DNA of 35,892 nt from an uncultured Clostridia bacterium (GTDB lineage Bacteria; Bacillota; Clostridia; TANB77; CAG-508). How positions within the stretch are numbered: position 1 is the stretch's first letter; each line of letters begins with the position of its first letter. Below, piece by piece: positions 1 to 7,753 of this stretch. Below the pieces are notes generated by a model. That model was not told where the DNA came from and did no database searches. It saw nothing but the letters and a program-made list of their open reading frames with translations. Where the stretch lies: positions 1-35,892 of the forward strand of contig CALXXH010000002.1 of the NCBI GenBank assembly GCA_944392635.1, in the 5' to 3' direction. Position numbers and translations under genes: made by a program.

Positions 1-1289
1 TCTAATTGTACATATATATTTCCTTTTGATTGTGGATCTATATTTAATATTGCTTCATTTCCTCCACCGATTATTATTTTTGTATAGTTATCTACATTTT
101 CATTTGTTGTTGTATAATTTACTTCTGTTCCTGAAACTATACTTCCATCTGCATTCATTTGTGTTCCTATTCCAACTATATTTGCATATTTTGTATCATA
201 ATAATCTTCTAATTCATATATTTGTGTTTTTAGAGTTGTTGCTTGGTTCTTGATTGATATTACATATGTCATTTTTACACTCAATTTATCATCTGCATTT
301 TCTCCATCTTTATACATTATATCTGATGCATATAAATATCTTGTATATGACATTGATCCATATAGTCCTTCTTCTTGAAATTTTACTTGTGGCTCTAATT
401 CATGGGCCTCTGTTACTCCTTCATCTGCAAATTCATTTGCAAATACACCGTTTTCTTCCCATAAATCTTCATTTAATCTATCTGCATATACATATATATG
501 TTCTGCTCCTGCTACAGTCACATTTGCTCTTTCTATATCTTTTACTACTGATAAATCTGGTTGCTCTCTTTGATATAGTCCCATATTTATGTTTTCTATT
601 TCAGTTGTTCCTTGTTTTCTAATATCTTCTGCACTCTTAATGTCTGATAAATATCCACTTCCTCCTACTGATGTATATCCATTATATGTTGTTGCTGTAA
701 TTAAATATTGTTCATCTGTTTCATTTATTGGGAATAATTGTCCATCATATCCATATTCAACATTCTCTCCATAGTTTACACTACTTTTTTGTGTATTTGT
801 ATTATAGTCATAATTTATACTATGTATTTGCTCTCCATTTGAATTATTTGACTTTCCTACATTTTCTTGGTTATTATCATCATCTGCTATTTGTGCATAT
901 TCTGCATTAAATATGTCTCTTTCTTCTCCTTCTAATGCTTTTGAACCATTCTCATTTAATATATCTAATATTGGTACTGGCGTATAACTCATTCCATTAT
1001 ATGTGAATTCTATATAGTAATTATCAAGTTCATCTATTAAAACGTCTACCATTCTATATGCTCCATTTGCATCTGTCTTTATTTCATTTACTTCTTCACC
1101 TGAATCTGTTTCAAAACTAATTGTATTTCCATTTCCATCTTTTAATCTTACTGTTACATTTGCAACTAGCTTATCCCCATTTCTTTCATCTGTATCTGGA
1201 GCTGTATATAGATAATCTCTTACTGATGTTTTGCTACTTATCATGTCTTCCCATACATATCCTGAAAGTTTGATATATTTTCTTCTGTT
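1..1289. repeat. Copy 1 of a near-identical ~1.29 kb tract shared by B3 and B2 (partner at 9690..10954); truncated by the window edge.
   Basis: Base 1 aligns to 9690 (offset 9689). After a 24-nt indel the offset becomes 9665. The shadow ORFs 728..910 and 10393..10575 give identical 60-aa translations, and 589..774 versus 10254..10439 differ at 2 residues. Similarity stops abruptly at 1289/10954. Confidence 0.9.
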
Positions 1290-3239
1290 ATTATATGTAA
1301 TTGTACTAAATCCTGAATCAGTAACCCCTGATGCATCTGTTAAATCATTTAGTCTGTATCTTTGAGCTGCTGAACCATTATTAGTATGTACTTGCACATT
1401 TGTCGTATTAGCTGATGAACCATTAGTAATATCCATATATAATCCATTACATTTTGAAACTAATGAATAATTTCCATTTCCTTCATCTTGTATCTTCCAT
1501 TTTTGCGCATCTGTATCATTTCCTTGATATATTTGCACATTTGCACCTGGTGAAGTACTTGCTCCTGCTACTTCTACATATTTATTAGCAGATAATGAAA
1601 TTATTGAATAATATCCTTCCCCTAAATATCTTATATAGAATTTTTGTGCAATTGATTTATTCATATCATATAATGCAACATTTGCACCATTATATGTATA
1701 TGCATTGGTTACTTCAATTACTTTATTAGCCCCTACATTTGATTGGATTTCATATGTTCCATCTTCTATAACTTTTTGATCATCATCTATAATATTTGAT
1801 TCAGGAACTGTTGTATATGATTTTTGTCTAGTTACCTCTATTGTAGAAATAGCACCTGTTCCAGTTTCACTTCCATTATCCCAAGATATATAATCATCAT
1901 CTAATTCATATCCGTAATAATCATCACCTACTGAAATCTCTTCTACAATATATGTACCCACTAAAATATTATGAATTTGTATTAATCCTTCACTGTCTGT
2001 TATGAATATTGTAGCTTCACTTTCATTAGTAGTTGTAGTCATATTACTAAAATAAACTTCACCTTTTGCTTCACTTATTGGCTCTCCATTTTCATCAATT
2101 CCTATTACATATTCACTATTTTCATTCATAACTCTATATCTTATATTTTCCATTGGCATTCCACTATCGCCATAATCTGGATCTTTTTTTACTATTTCAA
2201 GGTTTCCTGTTTGTTTTTCATTAGTCAAACTATATGTTCGAAGTATTCCTGAATATATATGTACTTCTTCACTTTCAAGTATTTCATATCCATAATGTCC
2301 ATTTGAAACTTCACTTATTTGATATACTCCTGGAGTTAAATTGTCAACATGAATTGATCCATTTTCATCTGTTGTAAATGTTTCGTCATATCCTAACTCA
2401 TCACTTTTTACATTTATTTCTACATTTGGAAGTTTAACATCACTATCATCTGCATCTTGTTTGATTATATCTAAACCTGCATTAAAGTTTACCCATTGAA
2501 CAGTAGCTGATGTATTTTCATCCCAATAATCATCACCTTCTTCATATACATAATCAGTAGTAACAACTCCTTGGTGATTTTTGTAATAATTAACTGCATC
2601 ACAAGTTCCTCCAATATATGTATAATGTCTTGATCCTGTTTTAGTCCAATGACGATGAAGGCTTCTTGACTTAGTTTGTGTAAGACTTACACTACTTATT
2701 CCTCTATCATATAAGGTAGATGATAAACTTATATAAAAATCTATATTTCCTGTACTTCCAAAAGGATTATTACCATTTCCATTTGCATCACATAACCCCC
2801 ATCCATCTATTCTATTACCAGATTTATCTAGTATAGTTATAGTTTGTCCTGTTGTATTAGTAGTTATTTGGAATGGTCCTAAAACATAGTTATTACCTAT
2901 TTTTCTTACACCTATTTGGTCGTTTCTCTTTGATAATTGTACTCCTTCTGATATAGCATTTGTAGCACCATAATTTATTGCCGTAGTATTATTATAATCA
3001 TTACTATATGAACTTTCACTATGATAGCAATATGCATTATCTCCTTCTATATCTGTATGCCAACCTGCTGCTACCCATTCATGATTTGAGCAATATCCTG
3101 TTCCTGTTGGTCCTCCTGAAAATCTATGTTGAGTACGACTTTCATAATGGAAGTTTACCGCAAAAGCATTTCCACAAGTAAACATTCCAACTAGGACAAA
3201 TAGCATTATAGAAACTCCAAGCTTTGATATTTTACCTAT
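1..3239 (-). CDS. B3: third B-type giant surface adhesin paralogue. Its 3' end lies beyond the window start, and no stop, SD or ATG separates it from A3 upstream.
   Basis: Hand translation of the minus frame is open from 7049 down to base 1. The ORF is missing from the track only because it has no stop in the window. From 3239 it reads IGKISKLGVSIMLFVLVGMFTCGNAFA/VNFHYES. This is a 27-residue signal-peptide-like segment in exact register with the B1 and B2 signal peptides, with ATA where they have ATG. It is followed by a Cys-containing head and SpaA/CnaB-like modules (GLDIIKQDADDSDVKLPNVEINVKSDELGYDETFTTDENGSIHVDNLTPGVYQISEV). Next come a ricin-B module and an RRKYIKLSGYVWEDMISSK... stalk almost identical to B2. 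Confidence 0.7.
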   Translation of the reverse strand, partial: MGKISKLGVSIMLFVLVGMFTCGNAFAVNFHYESRTQHRFSGGPTGTGYCSNHEWVAAGWHTDIEGDNAYCYHSESSYSNDYNNTTAINYGATNAISEGVQLSKRNDQIGVRKIGNNYVLGPFQITTNTTGQTITILDKSGNRIDGWGLCDANGNGNNPFGSTGNIDFYISLSSTLYDRGISSVSLTQTKSRSLHRHWTKTGSRHYTYIGGTCDAVNYYKNHQGVVTTDYVYEEGDDYWDENTSATVQWVNFNAGLDIIKQDADDSDVKLPNVEINVKSDELGYDETFTTDENGSIHVDNLTPGVYQISEVSNGHYGYEILESEEVHIYSGILRTYSLTNEKQTGNLEIVKKDPDYGDSGMPMENIRYRVMNENSEYVIGIDENGEPISEAKGEVYFSNMTTTTNESEATIFITDSEGLIQIHNILVGTYIVEEISVGDDYYGYELDDDYISWDNGSETGTGAISTIEVTRQKSYTTVPESNIIDDDQKVIEDGTYEIQSNVGANKVIEVTNAYTYNGANVALYDMNKSIAQKFYIRYLGEGYYSIISLSANKYVEVAGASTSPGANVQIYQGNDTDAQKWKIQDEGNGNYSLVSKCNGLYMDITNGSSANTTNVQVHTNNGSAAQRYRLNDLTDASGVTDSGFSTITYNNRRKYIKLSGYVWEDMISSKTSVRDYLYTAPDTDERNGDKLVANVTVRLKDGNGNTISFETDSGEEVNEIKTDANGAYRMVDVLIDELDNYYIEFTYNGMSYTPVPILDILNENGSKALEGEERDIFNAEYAQIADDDNNQENVGKSNNSNGEQIHSINYDYNTNTQKSSVNYGENVEYGYDGQLFPINETDEQYLITATTYNGYTSVGGSGYLSDIKSAEDIRKQGTTEIENINMGLYQREQPDLSVVKDIERANVTVAGAEHIYVYADRLNEDLWEENGVFANEFADEGVTEAHELEPQVKFQEEGLYGSMSYTRYLYASDIMYKDGENADDKLSVKMTYVISIKNQATTLKTQIYELEDYYDTKYANIVGIGTQMNADGSIVSGTEVNYTTTNENVDNYTKIIIGGGNEAILNIDPQSKGNIYVQL
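1341..1775 (-). other. Ricin-B-type (beta-trefoil, CBM13-like) lectin module inside B3.
   Basis: Codon-by-codon translation gives VIEDGTYEIQSNVGANKVIEVTNAYTYNGANVALYDMNKSIAQKFYIRYLGEGYYSIISLSANKYVEVAGASTSPGANVQIYQGNDTDAQKWKIQDEGNGNYSLVSKCNGLYMDITNGSSANTTNVQVHTNNGSAAQRYRLNDL. It contains three subrepeats of about 45 aa, each ending in a Q-x-[WFY] motif (QKF, QKW, QRY). Confidence 0.65.
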
Positions 3240-3335
3240 ATTAAATTTTAGCTTAATTGCCACAATAGTTAATATAGCTATAATTAATACTATTACTCCA
3301 ATAGATATATACATTCCTAAACCTGTACTTATAGA
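3240..3335 (-). other. A3 C-terminal sorting-signal-like segment (SISTG + TM + KLKFN) with no stop codon after it.
   Basis: Codons were read individually: SISTG is at 3335..3321, LGMYISIGVIVLIIAILTIVAI at 3320..3255, and KLKFN at 3254..3240. Next comes ATA GGT AAA at 3239..3231, which continues into the B3 signal peptide. Confidence 0.8.
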
Positions 3336-6300
3336 AATAATTAATTGTGCTTCTGAATAATCGTCTTCATTAGATTTTCTATTTCCTGGTGTTGAATCTG
3401 CATCATTTACTCCTTCTATAGTATCTACACTTCCTATTTCTGCTGCATTTGTAAATGTACCTGTATCTTCTCCATTCATTGTTTTTGTCAATGTCAAAAC
3501 TATTTCTTTACTTTCACCTGGATTTAAATCTTGATTCATTAAACTTCTATTAACTAATAATTTACCATCAGTTGTCCAGTTAGTATTACCTTTTGAAGAA
3601 AAAGTTAATCCATCAGGTATATAATCATATATTTCACTTACCTTTACTTTTGCTTCTCCTTCATTTGTAACTACAATTTTATATGTTACTGAAACTTCAG
3701 CACCATTAATTTCTTTAGCTCTTATTTCTACTCTACCTAATTTTGTATTATCATATGAATAATATTTTGTTCCTGAATTTGTTGTTACAGAAACATTTGT
3801 TAAATATTTGTCTAGTTTTAAGTCATATCCATTTTTATTTACTAAACCAATATCTATATTATTTGCATCTTGTGTTAAGCTTATAGTATCTGTAACTCCA
3901 ACATTTACTCTAACTCCATTTAAAGTTATTTCTTGCATCGTTACATCAGAGTTTGAACTTTCTGGTACTCCATTTGCATTATATTCTGTTAATAAATAAT
4001 TTTGTGTATTATATCTAAATATTACAATGTAATTTCCTTGCTTTAAATTTGAAAATGTATATCTACCATTATTAATTGTTGTAGTTGCTTTTACATTGTT
4101 TGAGTCTGCCATATCTACTAACATTACTTGTAATCCACTTATTAAAGGTTCATTGTCTTGTCTATTACCATCTCCATTTACATCATTCCAAGAAGTTCCT
4201 GAAATACTATATACTGTGTCATCTGGATTACTTGGTTCTTCTGGATTAGTTGGATTTTCTGGATCTTCTGGATCAGTTGGTTCACCAGGTACACTTGGTT
4301 CATAACCTTCATCAACATTATATGGTAATATGATATGCTTTATGACATTAGATATTTTTGTATCTATTTTATCTATTGTTTCACTTTCAGTTATGTGATC
4401 CATATTAGGAGCTTGAACTATTGCACTGTTTTCTATTTCTGTTCTTTCAAACACAAGTCCAGCTGTGGTTTTAACTGTTATATTTACAGTTTCTCCTTTT
4501 GGTATATTTATATAAATATCAACATTTGGTAATTTATTTCCATCTGTGTCTGTTACTGAAGAATATAGCTCCTCTGTTGCTACTTTTTTTTCACTATATC
4601 CTATTGGTACTTGTACTTCTCCTTCATCACCAGTTACTGTTTGAAATTCTTTATCAAAATATTCATAAGTCACACTTACAGGATTTACATTTTCAGGTAA
4701 ATAATCTAAGACATTTACATATATACCTTCAAGATTACTATTTTCCTGATTCTTTGGTGCACTTATACATTTAATAGAAATATTATAATTTATTTTTTCT
4801 CCATATCTAACTTCTTCACCTTCATTGTCAGAAGACATTGTTACTGACAATTCTGAAACATTATAAGGTATAATATTTTCATTTGTTTTATATTCTTTGT
4901 CATCTACTATAACTACAGCATTTGCTTTTAATTTTACTTCTCCATTTTTTGCTTCTAGCTCTCCACTCTTTATTTGTTCTTTTACAATTGATTCATCACC
5001 TATTATTAGCCCTAGTTTATAGGTTCCACTTTCACTTGCAGTTATTGTAACTTCAGTTCCATTATAACTTATTGAAGCTCCTGTTATTGGTTCTTCATCT
5101 TCTTTAAGGTCTATATTTGTACTATATTGCGTTTTATATGCCTCAAGATATACTCTACCATTTGAAACATTTTGTTCTGTTATAGAAAATATCTTTGGTA
5201 AAGTTAATTTTATTGTTGCTTGTTTCCCTTCTGGAATATCTAAATTAACCCCATAAAGCCATTCATCGTCTGGTCCATCCATTTTTGACCAAAGAAAAGC
5301 TTTTACTTCTGCTTGTTCAACAACATTATTCAAAGTATAATTATAACTTTCAGTATTAGCAATATATACTTTTATATTAGTTATTATCTCTTTTTGTGCC
5401 TCTTCATCTAACAAATCTTTTACTTGCACTTCATATGACTGCTCTATAGTTTGACCAGCTTTTAAAGTACCTATATTTATCTCTTTTTCTTTTAAATCTT
5501 CATCAAAATTATATTGATAGCTATAATCATCTGGAAAACTAAAGTTTGAATCCAATTCTCCATATTTTGTTCCATCTGGTATAGTTCCTACTACTCTTAT
5601 GTCTTCAATATCTTTATCTAATGTATTTGTAATTTTTACATTATATTTTATGAATTCACCTTCATAAATAGTATCACCATCTTTTAGATTTGTATTTCCT
5701 CTTACTGGGTCAATTTCAACTTTTAGTCCTTCAATTTCTTCTACTGTTGCTGTTCTAACACTTTCTTCTACATTTTTTTCTGCTGCCTCAGTAATTGTTG
5801 ATATTAAATCATTTCCTTCATCTAAGATATTTGAATCGTTTTTAGTAAGATTTTGTTCATTTTGTACTTCTTCATAGTTTTCTATCGATACTTCCTTTTC
5901 TATATTTCCTTGTTCAGAAGTAGCATTTGTAGTAAATTCATTAGTATAAAGTAGATTTATTTTACTTTGAGCACTTTCAATATCTTTTTTCAAAATTACA
6001 ACTGCAGATATTTTCAAATCAGTCATTAAACCTAAATCATTTTCACTATATCCTGTTTGTATTCCATTTAGATTTGCAACTATACTTAAATTTCCATTTC
6101 CATCATTCTCAATATATGCATTTTCTAATGTTAAACCATTTGAATAAACAACAGATGTATTATTTATTATAACTTTTTCAACTTGATTTGGTAATTGTAT
6201 TCTTACAGTTGGATTCTTAAAAAGATTATTTCTTATAGATGTTGAGTCTAAAGTAATATCAAATGTAACTTCATTTTGCTTTCTATTAGTCCATTCTGCA

Positions 6301-7521
6301 TTATCTAAATTTAAATTTACACTTGTTTGAGAATCTTTTATTTCTATAATATTTTCATTTTCTACATGATATACTTGTTCTTCTACTATTTCTCCTTCTT
6401 CATTCTCTTTTTCATTTATCCCTACTAAATTAAAGCTTGTAGTAATTTGTGTAATATCTAAATTTAAATTATCACTTTTTATTGCTTTTAAATTTTCGAT
6501 ATATAATGTTCCTACATTTTCAATATTACTTGTTCTAATTATTATTTTATTAACATCTTCATTATATGTAAGTACTATTTCTCCATTTTCGTTATACTCT
6601 GTAGTATTGTCTATTGTAAATAAGACATTTTCATCTACATCCAATATTTCAATTTTTCCATTTTCACCTAAAAGATTTTTTACATCCTCTTGTCTAATTT
6701 TTGTACTTTTATATACTATATCATTATTTCCAGAAAAATAATTATCTTCCGTAAAAGCTATTTTTTGTTGTATATCTTTTTTACTAATCATAATTTCTTG
6801 AGTTTCTTTATATTGAGTATCATAAGTAGTTCCGTTTATTATATTAGATTTAATATATCCATTATATACTTCATCTGTACTATATGTGACAGATGTTAAA
6901 TTTCCTATATTTTCTGTTACGTTTTCTTTGAAAGTCCCTTGACTTTCTATTTCTTTATTATCATCTGTAAATAATGCTGTTTTTAGTTTTACATCATAAG
7001 ATACTTCTCTTTCTGGTTGTTCTCCGTGTATATGTGTCATAATAACAAATTAATATATATTCATCTCTATCTTCTGGACTTATTTGTGTAGTATTTATTG
7101 CTTCTCCATTCTCATTTTCATTACTAACATTTATTGTTAAAGTTCCATTATTTGAATCATAACTATAATCCTCTTCTATGTTAGTTGTTTGTCCATTTGT
7201 TACTTTTGTACTTTTTTCAATTACTTTTACATCATATGGAAATTTACCATCAATTTGATTTAAATTAATGGCTATTTGTGTATTTTTTACTGGATAATAA
7301 ATTTCTCCATATTCAATTCCTGTTTTAAGGCTATATTGTACTAAAGTACCATTCTCCCCACTAGATAAATCATAGTTTACGTACTTATCTAGTCCTCCTT
7401 CAAGAATAATTTTCTCTTCGTCTGCCCCAAAACTTTCTTTAGTCACTATTTGATTCATAATTAGCACTAAAATCGCCAAAAAGATTAATGTAAATATTTT
7501 TCCAAAAGTCCCCTTCTTCAT
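3240..7521 (-). pseudogene. A3: third A-type giant wall-anchored repeat protein. It is interrupted by a +1 frameshift near 7026-7040 and has lost its stop codon, so it reads into B3.
   Basis: GGAGG lies 6 nt before the ATG at 7521. Track ORF 6994..7521 encodes the signal peptide MKKGTFGKIFTLIFLAILVLIMNQIVTKESFGA and the first domain, then degenerates to TRRTTRKRSIL-stop. The +1 frame, open from 7049 with an ATG at 7040, continues protein-like: HGEQPEREVSYDVKLKTALFTDDNKEIESQGTFKEN... It runs on to an SdrD-B-like module (ISGTSWNDVNGDGNRQDNEPLISGLQVMLVD...GRYTFSNLKQGNYIVIFRY), a DUF11-like terminal domain and SISTG. Confidence 0.65.
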
Positions 7522-7555
7522 ACTACGCCTCCAAATCTTAATATCCTATATAACA

Positions 7556-7584
7556 ATTATGTAATCATTTTCAACTTTTTTCAA
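7556..7584 (-). promoter_or_regulatory. Candidate sigmaA promoter of cassette 3.
   Basis: On the minus strand: TTGAAA (7584..7579), a 17-nt spacer, then CATAAT (7561..7556), about 35 nt upstream of the A3 ATG. A second TTGAAA lies 5 nt downstream of the first. Confidence 0.4.
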
Positions 7585-7624
7585 GATAGTTTTTTTGACA
7601 TTATTTAACATAGTATTATTAACG

Positions 7625-7645
7625 TTTAGGGATACTCATTAAGCT
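7625..7645 (-). promoter_or_regulatory. Conserved ~21-nt element upstream of the cassette 3 promoter (partner at 16702..16723).
   Basis: The minus strand reads AGCTTAATGAGTATCCCTAAA here and AGCTCAAACGACTATCCCTAAA upstream of A2. In both cases it sits about 105 nt before the ATG. Confidence 0.3.
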
Positions 7646-7713
7646 AATTACAACAATTAATTATTAAGATTCTTTTACATTTTTGTAACATAATTGTATC
7701 TTTAATTACAGGC

Positions 7714-7745
7714 AAAATAAAAACGGGCATAAACCTTACGCCCGT
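7714..7745 (-). terminator. Rho-independent terminator after B2.
   Basis: On the minus strand: ACGGGC, an 11-nt loop, GCCCGT, then TTTTATTTT. It begins 9 nt after the B2 stop. Confidence 0.7.
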
Positions 7746-7753
7746 AATATTTT

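Noticed and set aside
26-910. Plus-strand track ORFs 26..253, 254..622, 589..774 and 728..910.
   Set aside because: They lie antisense to the hand-translated B3 frame. Their Leu/Phe/His/Tyr-rich low-complexity translations are typical of shadow ORFs opposite AT-rich genes. Their duplicates at 9943..10575 simply reflect the B2/B3 repeat.
3808-6899. Plus-strand ORFs 3808..3999, 4096..4305, 4335..4532, 4499..4774 and 6690..6899.
   Set aside because: They are antisense shadows inside the A3 coding frame. None has an SD, and their composition is not protein-like.
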